Below are positions 38,947 to 51,992 of a DNA stretch of 64,000 nucleotides, one piece after another. The stretch is from contig OZ024758.1 in the NCBI GenBank assembly GCA_964016885.1, positions 32,798,001-32,862,000 on the forward strand. The letters run 5' to 3'. The position numbers and the translations under genes were made by a program. How positions within the stretch are numbered: position 1 is the first letter of the stretch; the number at the start of each line of letters is the position of its first letter. Under the pieces are notes generated by a model that saw only the letters and a list, made by a program, of their open reading frames with translations, made no database searches and had not been told where the DNA came from. This DNA is from Eledone cirrhosa (Eukaryota).

Positions 38947-39597
38947 TTTGATTAAAACTGGTGATGTTCCTTAAAGTTTTATTATTGCAAAAACATTATA
39001 TATATTTCAATGGCCTGGTTATGCAAGACCCTGGTGAAATCATCAGGTGTGGCTTGCATAATTAGTTAATCAATAAAGGAATTACAGCATACACAGACAG
39101 AAACAGAAAACATATTTGATTCGGGGATCGGCTGCGACAACGATAACATCTAGATCGCAGGATATCCCCATATCAAATATATTTTTTCTGTTTCTGTAAC
39201 AATAAAACTTTAAAGGAACATCAATAGACCGGCCTCCTGTTAAACCAATATTTAACTCCATTCCTTCACTAACCTCAGGATTCAACATCAACATTGGATG
39301 AGTTGCATAACAGAGTGCTTTTGCTACTATAACATCATGGTTAACTATATATATATATATATATATCATATATTTTCACTAGCTCTGGCAGTTGGCAGGT
39401 AAACAGTATATGAGACTAATGAAGGGTAATAACCCAGAAACATTAGTGTCGGCCATTCTGTTTATATGCCAACACAAGAGCAAGAATGACAAGGTCATTC
39501 TACTCACATGGCTCAACAGGCTGTTTGCATAATTGCAAACAAATCAAATATTATTATTGATATTCGAAATACTCCAATTTACATTTTAGATATATAT

Positions 39598-39778
39598 CAT
39601 CTTCATCATCGTTTAACGTCTATCTTCCACGCTAGCATGGGTTAGATGGGAGTTGTCCCAATTTGAGGCAAGGTTGGTCGGGTGACCGTGTCTCGATTGT
39701 GTAGCCCTATCTGACAGGTTTTCTGCGGCTGGATGCCCTTCCTAATACCAACCACATTTACAGTGTGGACTGGGAACA
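39598..39778 (-). mobile_element. RTE 3' UTR/tail fragment
   Basis: catcatcgtttaacgtc..ccacgctagcatgggttag..ggatgcccttcctaataccaaccacatttacagtgtgg matches the reverse complement of the 1550-1715 tail. Confidence 0.8.
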
Positions 39779-40219
39779 TATATATATATGTAGTAAAAAT
39801 ATATGTACAAAGCTCAAATGTATGTAGAGAATTATATATGATAGTATATAATTGCCAATGTGTTTATTCGCTATGTCAATGGGTAGACGTAAGATGTTCC
39901 CCATCCTGCGTAAGGCAGGAATTGAATTACTGATATATTCTGCTTCAATCTAATATGTTGTTTTCTTTAATCCTCTGCAGATGGAGAAGACATGGGTTGC
40001 TGTTGTTGATGACGTCCTTCAACAGGAGTAGTAGCAGAAGCTATGATCGTTGGTTTTTGTTGTTGTTCAGGAACAATGGTAGACACGATCGTCGATTTTT
40101 GTTGTTGTTGTTCAACAGCAATGGTAGAGGCAGACATACAAACTGATGGAATCCTGTGTCAGAGAAATGCTTTGGAACTTTTGGAACTTGAGTACTTCCT
40201 TCTGCACCAGCTATCACGC

Positions 40220-41495
40220 TTCTTCCAATTCTGTTTGAACAATGGTGCTACTCTAGAACAATGGAAAACTGCCAGTGTCATTCTTCTGTTCAAAAAAGGT
40301 GACCGCACATCACTGTCAACTATCGTCCAGTCAGTCTTACTAGCTGCATTGCCAAACCGATGGAATCCTGTGTCTGAGAAACACTTTGGAACTTCTGGAA
40401 CTCTCACAGTCTTATCTGGCCCTCACAATTTCGATTTATCCCTAACTCCAGCTGCTGTGATCAACTTATCGAGTTTCCTGAAGACATCACCTGGATCACC
40501 GATGGCGGCTCATGGGTGGATGTTGTTTACCTTGACTTTGCTAAAGCTTTCAATTCTGTGCCACACAAAAGACTTATGACAAAACTCTCTGCAATGGGTG
40601 TGAAGGATGATCTTTTTAACTGGTTGAAGTCCTTCATTCTCAGTCGAAGAGAGGTAGTCATGGTTCTAGGACAGCATTCCTCACCATATGAGATGTCATC
40701 TGGTGTACTGCAGGGATCTGTTCTTGGCCCCCTTTTGTTTATGGCAGATATTAATGACATAGATGCCAACTTAAAGAATGCCACAGTACTGAAATATGCA
40801 GATAACATCAAGCTGTACCTTGAGATAAAAAAGACAGATCCCGAACACTATAGATTTTTCCTGCAATCTGACCTGGACACAATGCAACAATGGATCACAG
40901 ACTGGCAACTCAAGCTAGCTGTGGACAAGTGCACCACCATGCATTTTGGGAGTAAAAACCTAGTATCCACATACTCCCTCCACAACACTAATATCAAGAA
41001 GTGTTCTTGTGAACGTGACCTGGGCATTACGGTCAGCAGCGATTTGCATTGAACAAAGCACGTCTCTAAAATTGTCAAGAAGGCCGAGGGTGTCTTGCAT
41101 CGCTCAGCAAGACCTTTGTCAGCTGCTCTCCAACTATCTATTTAAAGCTATATATAGCTATGGTGTGGCCACAGTTAGAATTTGCATCACCAGTCTGGAA
41201 CCTCTATCTTGCTTAGAACATTGACTGCCTGGAAACTGTTCAGAGACGTGCAACCAAGCGAATACCCTCCATCAGGCATCTACCATACTCTGAACGCCTT
41301 GCTTCCCTGAGCATGGATTCATTGAAGCTCCAAAGTCTGGCAACTGACTTGGTAAACACCCACAAAATTATTAACCATCTTGCCAACAACAACCCTGAGT
41401 ACCTTTTTGATTTCCATGTGTCTAACACATGTGGGCATGTCAACAAAGTCAGAAAACAGCACAGCTCCCATGACTTTTGGAAACATTTTTTCACA
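40220..41495 (+). pseudogene. CR1-type LINE RT, decayed
   Basis: WKTASVILLFKKGDR, YLDFAKAFNSVPHKRL, QGSVLGPLLF, KYADNIKL, ERDLGITVSSDL; multiple frameshifts. Confidence 0.85.
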
Positions 41496-41572
41496 CTCAG
41501 ACACACAGAGGTAGAGGCAGAAAGAGAGAGATAGGCCGTTATACAGAGAGAGATACAATTAAAGTGTTAGAT

Positions 41573-41575
<3 letters not shown>

Positions 41576-41631
<56 letters not shown>

Positions 41632-41634
41632 GAG
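41576..41634. repeat. (GA)n microsatellite
   Basis: Direct reading. Confidence 0.95.
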
Positions 41635-41705
41635 TGCGAGAGGGGGTGGTGAGAACTTCTGTGGTATAGGATATTAAGAGTTTAGTTTATAGTTTTATGT
41701 TTACT

Positions 41706-41968
41706 TGTTTCCTTGAACAAGACACTTTATTTCACATTGCTCCAGTTTACTCAGCTGTAGAAATGAGATGATAGGACTGGGGTCCCTATCATTCCACAAT
41801 AAAGTTGTCATGGAGGTGCCACGGCAAAAGAGCACCCAACACTCACTGTATATGAGGTTGGTGTTAGGAAGGGCATCCAGCTGTAGAAATCAAGCCAGAA
41901 TCAGTTACCGTCTCACCCTTGTAAGCAGGGAAAAGCGGACGTAAAAATGATGATGATGATGATGGTGA
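41706..41968 (+). mobile_element. SINE family B body with an RTE-derived tail
   Basis: ccttgaacaagacactttatttcac...ttggtgttaggaagggcatccagctgtagaaatcaagccagaatcagtt...ggacgtaaaa(atg)n. Confidence 0.8.
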
Positions 41969-42518
41969 TCAAATAATTCATATTATGGAAGTGCCAACAA
42001 AAGATCTTGGCATAAATTATGGGTTGAAGAAAATCATAGCTATCTAGTCATAAACACAATATGACTCAGCATATTTTTAATATAAATTAAGGTAATAGTA
42101 AATTATATTAACTTTAAAAAATGAATTGCAAATTCATATCTTAAAATATATTTGGTTTCCTAGGTTTGTTTAAGGATGGGCCTTCAATAAAATAACAAAG
42201 GTTATAGAAACGAATATTTTACTGTATTTTACATTTTGTCACATATTAACTATATAATTATTTCAATTATGATTGAAACCAGAAAATATTATTACAGTTA
42301 TTTTTAATTGCAGCTAAAATGGGTGCAGACATGGTGGGTTGGTTGGTTAAGAAGTTTGTTACACAGCTATATTGTTAGGTGTTTGCTACCATAGTTTGGT
42401 TTTCTACCATACCGCAGCTTGGTTTTCTACCATAGCCTTAGATTGATCAAAACCTTGTGAATAAAATTTTGTGAACAGAAACTATGTGAAAACTCCTATC
42501 ATTGGATAGTAGATTTAA

Positions 42519-42668
42519 CCTTTTAGCATTTAAACCAGCCTTATCTGGCCAGAATTCTCTCACCTCTTTCAGTTCAAACTGGCCTTAACTTGCTACTCAT
42601 TTATATGAGGTAAAGTCTTTACTGCAAAAATACAATTGTATATGTTGAGTAATGTAAATGCTAAAGGG
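42519..42668 (+). mobile_element. piggyBac-like MITE copy
   Basis: TTAA|CCTTTTAGCATTT ... AAATGCTAAAGGG|TTAA. Confidence 0.78.
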
Positions 42669-43314
42669 TTAATCATTTGCTTGGTTTAACATCACAACCT
42701 GGTATGTGGGTGACTTTAGTTAATATCATTTTGTTGCAAGGATTTAGACAAGGCAACTGGCCTGAAGATAGCTTTTTCCATTCTTCCTCCCACTCTTAGA
42801 GGGCCTGAAAGAAAAATCAGTGTGACACTTCCTCCTCTGACAAAAAATGAGGAGATAAGCAACATCACTTTTAAGACACTGGACTTTAGAATTTGCCCTA
42901 TTACTATTCTAACAATGTTAACATCTGTTAGAGTAGTTCAAAATTAAGAAACTAGTCAGTGTTTTAAATTTATATACAAGTATGAGTTTGGTATAGGGGT
43001 GTTATGTTGGCAGCTAAGTAAGGAAATAGGTCTCAAGGGAATCAGGCATTGTTAGTATGTATTTAGACTAATATAAAAAAAGGGATACAAACAGACATTC
43101 AAAAACAATTAGACTATGTAGCCAGTAAACCCAACCCTAAAGGGATGCAACTCTAGCTGGGATCCCGGAAGCTAATAAATAGTGTTTTAGAACCCAGAGC
43201 TTTTTATAACCCATGTGGTGAATACTGTCTTTAACCCAAGTCGTGACTTTCTGCTAAAATTCTTAATTTCAAAAATTCATTATGATTGTGTGTGTGTATA
43301 TGTGTATATGCATA

Positions 43315-43578
43315 TCATCATTCATCATTTCATTTTACGTCCGCTTTTTCCCTGCTTGCAAGGGTGGGACGGGAACTGATTCTGGCTTGATTTCTACAGC
43401 TGGATGCCCTTCCTAACACCAACCTCATTTACAGTGAGTGCTGGGTGCTTTTTTGCCGTGGCACCTCCACGCCCACTTTACAGTGGAATGATATGGACCC
43501 CAGTCCCTATCATCTCATTTCTACAGCTGAGTAAACTGGAGCAATGTGAAATAAAGTGTCTTGCTCAAGGAAACAACA
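43315..43578 (-). mobile_element. SINE family B body with an RTE-derived tail
   Basis: Reverse complement of 41706-41968. Confidence 0.8.
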
Positions 43579-44163
43579 CATATGTATACATTTATATGTA
43601 TGAGTGTATAAATATAAACACATACACTCACACAAAACACACACACATTGCTACAGCATTTCACCAGCCTCTTCCTTCCTCAATCATTACATAGATGTGT
43701 GTATGTAATAATTATTTTGTATAATGTATCTAATTATGAATATGTATGAGTAGATGTGTGTGTAGGTTTCCACTTCTGTTGTCTATATTTGTTTAGGTAT
43801 TTACGTGTGTGTATGTGTGTGGTGTATATATATGTATATATGTGTGTGTATTTACGTATATATATGTGTGTGTAAGCATAACGTAGCTTACGAATGGACA
43901 CTAAAAAGTTTTAACTTGTTTTTTAACAATTGATGGTGGAAAAAATTTCAAATTGTCTTAACTCAGACCATAAAAGGTTGCATCTCATCATGTCTGACTC
44001 TCTTACTGGCTACATAGCCTGGGAGTCTACCGGGACCAACTACATAGCCTCTTCCATTAAAAAAAGCAAACAAATGTTTGATTTAATAGGTTTGTTTAAC
44101 AGTAGGTTCTTTATAAAATAATGAAGATTACAGAAACTAAATGTTGTTGGGTTTTAAACATTG

Positions 44164-44974
44164 TCCTATAAATAAAACTGAGGTTGTCTGTCTGTCTACT
44201 GTCGGCACACATCTCTTCCTAAACCGTACGTTCAAATTTCGGTGAAATTGCTACACTTATAGATTAAGGTCCAGCGGAGACATCAGTCAAAAAATGTTCA
44301 CATTGACCCACGGCAAGTGCAAAAATCGAATTTGTAATGTATTGAGTTTTCAGTTCAAATGTATAAATAGAGATGAGAGACGAGTTATTTCCCTTTTATG
44401 GCGTCATTCGGACGCGTGCAAAAGTACAAAAATACACAAACTTTCGGGCCAGCAAAATTCATGAGTTCGAAGTTTCAACATTAAGCTTCCATTTTGCTTC
44501 ATTTCCATTAAAAAGTCTTTTAAAACAATATTTTTACTTGAAAACAAGCAAATATTTTGTAAAAAAAGCATTGATCTCAAATAAAGCCTGATGAGATTTT
44601 CATTTAGAAGCAATGATTTCAAACTTTTTTTTGCTTTTCATGTACATCCAATTTCTTTGTTTCAAAATAACCGAAAGTTTGGTTACGCTGATGTTTTTCT
44701 CAGTGTTTACATTTTCGATTTTTGTTAATAGATTACCAGTGCAGTTTTTATCCCCAGCATCCTCTTTTGTTTTAACATTCGGGTTATGGTTATGTTTTCT
44801 TAACTTCATAAGGCATACTGTTGGTTGAGGGTTGAGGGAATATTAATCAAAAGTACCACATGAAAGTCTACACTGTAGACTCTACAGTTTTAAGCCAAGA
44901 AAGAAAGGAACTTAACATTGTAACTTTAACACAGCTACTGAGCAGCCCCGGGCACCGCTGGGCTTTACTGCTAG
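44164..44974 (+). mobile_element. Non-autonomous Helitron-like element
   Basis: 5' TCCTATAAATAAAACTGAGGTTGTCTGTCTGTCT; 3' GC-rich imperfect hairpin cccgggcaccgctggg followed by CTAG|T. Confidence 0.65.
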
Positions 44975-45764
44975 TCAGCTATATATTTATTTTAAATTGA
45001 AACAGAGGAACTTAATTACACAGTTACAGAGAAGAACTTAAAAAAAAACAATTTTCTTAACAAATCTCAGTCAATTTCTATTTCAATCAATTTTTTTCTA
45101 ACAAAAGCAAATTTTTCAATAATAATTCAATATGGCTACTGTCTTAAAATTTAACTAAATCATGGTTTTTTTAACATAAAAATGATGATGATGAATTAAT
45201 TTTAAAAAACTAGCTTAATTAGGGATCTACTAAAAACAGTTTTACATATGTTGTTTGTTAAAGAGCTGCCTTTTAATCTGTCCCTTTTTACTTTTTATTT
45301 TATTTATTTTTCACAAGTTTAACAAATGATTGATAGATTTGATTAAAATGTTCCAAAATATCAAAACAGGCAGCTGGAGTTTCAGGGAGACCAGTAAACA
45401 AAAGCTAAGACAATCAATAAGTCTGAGAGAAGTAGTTCTTTATTTCATCATCCCAAAGTATTGGTAGCAATGCTAAGAATATCCATTAGCCTACTGTTCA
45501 GATAACATCAGGCAATAGAGATGGGGGTGATTCAATGTAGCTGGCAGCTATTCAACTGTAATAATACATTATAAATGATTCCAAAGATCTCTTTATTCAA
45601 AAAGAGATTAGTTTTACTAATATAAATGCTTTAATTTTTCTATTTTCTACTAATATTCTTAAACATTTATTATAGTTATAAAGAAAATCAAAATACATAT
45701 TTTAAATTTATATAACAAAGCATTAAACACTATTATGTATATCTTTAGATGATGTTCTACAGAC

Positions 45765-46099
45765 ATGTCTGTGTCTGTGGCCTAGCATGTATGTGTCTGT
45801 CTGTCCATGTATGTATGTGTGTGTGTGTGTCTGTCCATGTATGTATGCACATGTCCATGGGTGTCTGTCCGTCCATGCATGTGTGTCTGTCTGTCTGTCC
45901 ATGTATGTGTGTGTATGTGCCTGTGTGTCTGTCCATGTATGTGTGTGTCTGTCTGTCCATGTGTCTGCCTGTCTGTCTGTCCATGTGTCTGCCTGTCTGC
46001 CTGTCCATGTATGTGTCTGTCTGTCTGTCCATGTGTCTGCCTGTCCATGTATGTGTGTGTCTGTCTGTCTGTCCATGTATGTGTCTGTCTGTCTGTCTG
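45765..46099. repeat. (TCTG)n/TCCATGTATG compound microsatellite upstream of Tx1-like copy 1
   Basis: Direct reading. Confidence 0.95.
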
Positions 46100-46272
46100 A
46101 GGATAGTAGACGTGTTTCATATCGCTCTGTGATTTGGAATTTTACCTGCTATATTTGTGAGTGAATTTTTTTAATTCTTTTGTATCATTAACTCTAACCC
46201 CTAGTCTGGGACTATAGACGTAGGGTAATTATATTTTCACCCCTTTTGGGGTGAAAAATAATTAACTCAAAA

Positions 46273-48024
46273 ATGTTTATCGATATCGTTGATAACGATA
46301 TCGTCGAAAACTATATCGCCATATTGGAAGCGAACGCCACGCCTACCAAAAAAACAAGCGGGAAAGAGGAAACAACAGTTCAAACTGTTGAACAGCCCCT
46401 CCTCTCCAATGAAAAAAAAAAGAATATTAATTCAAATGGAAAACTTAATTTTGAAGAAAAAAATAACACCACAAATAAGGAAACCAACAACATTACAACA
46501 ACAAACAAAGACAAAATTTTTTTTGCCCAAACACTCAGGAGAGCCACGGAATACAAAGCCATAGACATCACGAACGCCAAGGAAAATTTGCTAGAGGCTA
46601 GAAAATACGTATCTTTTGGGGAGGATGGTTCTTTTACGATCAACTCCCCAGAAGAAGTGCGTCAACAGGTTTATAAGAATACCGTAACCTACAGAACCAT
46701 AACCAACGAAACAAGAAAGCCAGCGCAATTGACCGAAAGTCAAATTGAGCTGGTTCTGAAAGAAATTAAAAACGACATACTCTTTATTCAAAGAGGAAAG
46801 CTGTATGCCAGCATTATGGTCTGAATGAAGGACGAAATGCTGGCTCAGAAATATTCGGTGGCACCTATAGTGTCACCACAATACACCTTCTTCCCCACAT
46901 ATAAAGGAAGAAGAACACAAAGGATAAGAATGTGGAGCCCTACGCCAGAAATTAACATCTGGTCCGTCCTAACAGGATTTACCTAAGGACATACTCATTT
47001 CAGCAGGGGAGTCCACCAGTGGACTGTTCGGGGGGAAAAGTCTGGAGGTTCTCTTACAGATGACACCTGAGAGAATCTCCGGAATACCCGACCGAGTGCT
47101 ACTGGATGGGCGAACCTTCATAAATATCACAGTGGAAGGCAGGAGACCCTCATGTTACCACTGCGCTGGCAGAGGTCACCTGAGGACGGCCTGCCCTCTA
47201 CTAACAACAAAAAAACCACTGCTACAAACACCACAACAACAAAAACAACCAGCACCACCATCACAAAAACAACAAAATACACTACCATCACCACCAGAAC
47301 GACAACAAAAACCAACAACACCACCACCACCACCACCACCACAACAACAACAACATCAACAACAGCTCAAGAAAACAACCCAAAACACGGTCCCACCCCA
47401 CAGAACACAAATACAAAAACACACGCAGTTCATACACAACCCGGAGATATACCCCTCCCCTCCAATACGTAAGAGAAGCTCATATCGTCGGAAGACGAGA
47501 GGGCTCCCTTCCAAGAAGTGAAAAGAAAAAAACGTACACACACCACACAAACAAAAATAACCCCACCTGACAACACAACACAGACAATAAAACGCAAACT
47601 CACTCAACAACAACAAGCAAAAACAAACACAACACCACAAAAACTCTACACATACATAAACAAAAACAATAAAAACCTAACTGAAAAAATAGAAAATAAC
47701 CCTTCGATACAAACCGAAGGGCCGAATTTCATAACGGCAATGGGGCTCCCTAACCTGAAAATGGTGAAAATCCCACTTGAGATTTTCAAAACTTTGAAAG
47801 ACATTTACCCTGAGGACGTGGGCCCACCCTGCACCAGGCCACTCAACCGTGTCCTCCTGAAAGGTTTTCCCCTCCCCTCCTCAAACACCCACACAACTCC
47901 AAAGACCCCAACCCCTCCACACACTAATACCCCCACACCACCACAAACCACCACCCCACCCATCAACCCCTCCACCAGCCCCATTGAAACTGAGAGGCCC
48001 GAACCCCGGGACGCAGAGAGGTAA
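46273..48024 (+). pseudogene. ORF1 (gag-like, zinc knuckle), copy 1
   Basis: CYHCAGRGHLRTAC; in-frame TGA at 46822; frameshifts near 46983 and 47500 relative to copy 2. Confidence 0.85.
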
Positions 48025-48047
48025 GTGCCTCTTTCTTTGCCACCAAC

Positions 48048-51000
48048 ATGGCTGTCTTAAGAGTAGGTTGTCTAAATGCGCGTGGCCTGGGCTCACCTTG
48101 GAAGTAAGCTAAACTTCTAAGTGACCTCAGGTCACAATGTATAAATGTGATGGTTATTTGCAAGGCCCGGATCAGCAGCATGCGACAGCTAGCCCCCACC
48201 TTTGATGACTTTGAGATGCACGCATCTCTCTGTCAGCCCGGAGGTGGAGGTGGGGTTGTCGTTCTGCTGCAAAAACATCTGGGTCTCGCTACACAGATGG
48301 TACACTTGGACTCGGAGGGTCGACTCGTGGTTCTGGACCTTGGCAATGGTGAAGGCGAAGCTTTTAGGCTAGTCGCGGTATACGCCCCTTTTGGGGCAAT
48401 GCGGTCGGACTTCTTCCATCGTCTGGAGACTTTTCTAGGGACGTCCCGCTCCTTGCTTTTAGTGGGGGACTGGAATGGTATCCTAGATGCACGTTGGGAC
48501 TATGTAGGGGCATGTCCCGATAGAGGGGGGTGCAACAGCCTTAAGGGGTTAATCGGCCGATTTGACCTGGCCGATAGATACCGACTAGATTTTCCAACTG
48601 TACCAACCTGGACCTGGTCAAATAACAGTGGTCAATCTAGATCGTACCTAGATAGGTTCTTAGTTAGAATTAAGGATAGGGACTTTTTAAGTTGTCCAGA
48701 AATGCTCATGGTGGGCTATTCAGACCACAAGTTAGTGACCTGCGTAGTCCACCTTGATAGAACGCATAGGCAGGGGCGCGGTTACTGGAAGCTCAACTTG
48801 TCCTTACCGGCAAGTAGAGCTTACAGGGACCGGATTAGAAACTTAGTTAAGGAGCGGTTGGCGGGCGCCATCGTCAACAACAGGTGGTGGGGCTCTCTAA
48901 AAAGAGAGATTAGAGTAGTTTCAATAGGAGTTAGTAAGGAGTTAGCCTCAGATAGAAATAGGAAGGAAAGGGAGTTGGTAGTTAATATTGAAGAGGCAAT
49001 GAGAAGCGGCAACGTGGCCAGAGTGCAAGCGTCGAGAACGGTCTTGAACCAGTTCTTAGACGCGAAACACGAAGGCTGCGTTGTCCGAAGCAAAATACGT
49101 GCTCTGGGAAACGAGGGGACCAAAGCTGTTAGCTGGGCCCGCGTGACAGAAGCGAAAAGTGGGATTAAATCCACTATCCGGTCTTTGCGAGACCAGGATG
49201 GACGGGTGATCCTTGAACCTAAGCAAATGTGCGAGGCCTTTCAAACACACTTTGCCCAATTGTTCGGGAGGGGCGGGGGGCCGGTTGGAGATGTGGATTT
49301 CGGTCCATACCTCGACGGCCTGCCGCGTCTTTCGGACAAGGGGCGAGGTCCTGCGACGGACCGATCTCAGCAGCTGAAATAGGGGACGTGCTGAGCCTAT
49401 GCGGCAAACGCAAATCTCCAGGACTCGATGGTCTGCCCTACGAACTATATATTAATATGCCGGACTTGTTCCCCGATCTCCTCGAGGCGGTCTACTGCAA
49501 CTGGCAACAGAACGGGAGAATTCCCTGTTCTGTAACCAAGGGCGTAGTCTCGCTCGTGAGGAAGGACGAGAACAAGGGGGATGACATTAGTAATTTTAAG
49601 CCCATAACTCTGCTAAATGCAGAGTTAAAGATTTTGGCGAAGGTGTTAGCGAAGAGATTGGCGCTTGTCGTGGGGGGCCCGGTGGGAGATGCGCAGACAT
49701 GCGCTATCCCGTCCAGGTCCATCCACGACAACCTCCACCTCATGCGATACATCATAGAGAGGGTTGGGAACGAACCCGGCTTTGGTGGGGCCCTGATAAA
49801 TTTAGATCAGTCTAAAGCGTTTGATAGGGTGGACCATGGTTACCTGGATGCGGTGCTAGCGGCGGCTGGGTTCGGACCCGTTTTCAGGGGCTGGATCACT
49901 GACATGCACAGCAGCCACATCTGCTCTAGAGTCAAGGTGAACGGCTACCTTTCGGAGCCGTTCGAAATCACCCGCTCCATCCGACAGGGGTGCCCTCTCT
50001 CCTCCCTTCTGTATGTATTGGCTCTCGAGCCATTACTGCGGAAGTTGGAGTTGTTGCAGGGTATCCCTTTGGAACCGGGATTGCGCAAAGCGGTGTCGGC
50101 CTACGCCGATAACGTAACAGTAATGGTGTCGACCACCTCGGAAATCGAGGCAATCGGCACCTTACTAGAGGAGTACAAAAGGTTGACAGGGGCTAAGCTG
50201 AACCGGGACAAGTCAGTCGCTTTGCAACTCGGCGAGTGGAAGAGCAAAGCGATGTCTTCCGACGGTATCGTCGGACGGTGGACGGAGGGCCCGGTGAAGT
50301 TGCTTGGGGTCTGGTTCGGACCGGACCTCCAGGTGGAGAAAAACTGGGGTGAGGTGACGAATAGGGTGTTTGCACTGACCCAGAAGTGGGCCGAGTGCAA
50401 ACTATCCCTAAAAGGTCGGGCGGAGGTGGCGAACGCTTACATAGTGTCCGTCATCTATTACCGCTTGACTGTCGTGCCTTGCCCGGGTGAGATCCTCGCC
50501 AAAATGGAGCGCGCCCTCTTTTATTTCCTTTGGAAGAAGAGGTCTCCTCTGGTGAGGAGATCCATCTGCTGTCAACACCCTTTGAAAGGAGGGCTGGGGA
50601 TGCCGTGGCTAAAAATGCGTAAACACGCATTGAGGCTAAGGCATCTCCACGTATTCCTCACCGGTCAACCGGTGTGGGCCCCGTTTGTGAGGCGAGCCTT
50701 CCCGAGGCTCGTCTCGCTCACCGAGCTGCAGTCCTGGGTGAAGCAAAGACCGAGAAAACTGGGCGACTGGCACACCGAGTGTGCCCAGGCGCTCACGGCT
50801 CTCTGGCAGGCGGACCCGGCTGTCGACGGAGACTCCACCTCGTCATTCTATAGAGGGCTGGTGGTTAGCGGGTGCGACGACGCCCTCGGAGAAGCCCTAG
50901 GCATGGAGGAGGACGAACTGGCCAGTCGATTCGGTAGGACTTTCGGCCCGGGACCTATGGACAACTTCCAGAAGTCCTTGGCCTGGCAGTGCTACCGAGG

Positions 51001-51484
51001 GGCGCTGCCCGTTCGGGATAAGCTCTACAGACACGGGCGCCCGGGTAGGGACCCCTCGAAAAAGATCTGTCCCAGATGCGTGCGCGACGAGGAAACCGTC
51101 GCGCACGCATTGGTGCACTGCCCGGGCGTTGCCGATCTGTGGGGCTATGTCGAACAACTGCTGTCACGGGTGGGACCAATTAGGTTGACCACCGAGTCCA
51201 TTGTAACGATCAAGCCGCCTCCCCCCTTCGAAAATGAAGGAGTGGCGGTCTTCCTCTGTGTAATAGCCATGATAAAAGAGGCTATATGGTGGACGCGTCT
51301 GAAAGGGCTGAGGTCGGACACCTTTCTCTCCGGCCAACAACTGGTCCTTTTCTTCCGATACCATTTCGGAAGAAGGATCAGGATGGAGAGAGAGGTGCTC
51401 CACTCCAGCCAGTTTTATGAAAGGTGGGTGAAAGTTGCGAGAATGGCCCGTGTGAATGGGCCTTCTCTCTACCTCAGCCTGTAG
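48048..51484 (+). pseudogene. ORF2 (APE endonuclease, RT, zinc finger), copy 1
   Basis: LNARGL, GDWN, SYLDRFLV, SDHKLV; KSPGLDGL, LDQSKAFDRVDH, QGCPLS, YADN; CPRC..ETVAHALVHC; premature TAA at 48105 and a frameshift near 49340. Confidence 0.92.
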
Positions 51485-51691
51485 GTGGAACAGAAAGAAG
51501 GGAGCACCCTCTCTTTGTGCTCCCGTGGAGAAGGGTCGCACACTTTTTTTCGGGGGTGTGTGTGACCCCAAAACGATCCCTCCCTATTGAGGACCTTCTT
51601 GTTATTATTTTCTTACTCGATTTTTATGTAAACTCCCCCCACCCATGTACATGTCCCTTTCTTTTGTGCCCTAGTGGCAAATAAACAGAAA

Positions 51692-51992
51692 TCTGTCTGT
51701 GTCTGTCTGTCTGTCCATGTGTGTGTCTGTCTGTCCATGTATGTGTCTGTCTGTCCATGTTTGTGTCTGTCTGTCTGTCCATATATGTGTCTGTCTGTCT
51801 GTCTGTCCATGTGTGTGTCTGTCTGTCTGTCTGTCCATCTGTCCATGTATGTATCTGTCTGTCTGTCTGTCTGTCCATGTATGTGTCTGTCTGTCTGTTT
51901 GTCTGTCCGTATATGTGTCTGTCTGTCTGTCTGTCTGTCCATCTATCTGTCTGTCTGTCTGTCCATGTATCTGTCTGTCTGTCTGTCTGTCT
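51692..51992. repeat. (TCTG)n/TCCATG microsatellite between the two elements
   Basis: Direct reading. Confidence 0.95.

Larger units (their letters stand above)
46102..51691 (+). mobile_element. Full-length Tx1/L1-like non-LTR retrotransposon, copy 1
   Basis: Starts GATAGTAGACGT; ORF1 with CCHC knuckle; ORF2 with APE, RT and zinc finger; ends AATAAACAGAAA directly into (TCTG)n. Confidence 0.92.

Noticed and set aside
39955-40150. Possible host exon after tttctttaatcctctgcag
   Set aside because: The acceptor-like site is followed by early stops or low-complexity peptide and runs into a CR1 fragment; I found no partner exons.
45723-46164. Overlapping ORFs rich in TDRQ/CLSV (also at 51613-52100 and 57181-57963)
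   Set aside because: They are shadows of the (TCTG)n and 21-bp repeats.
46102-46200. HDV-like ribozyme at the 5' end of the Tx1-like element
   Set aside because: I could not assign the nested double pseudoknot by eye, and this stretch is poorly conserved between the two copies.
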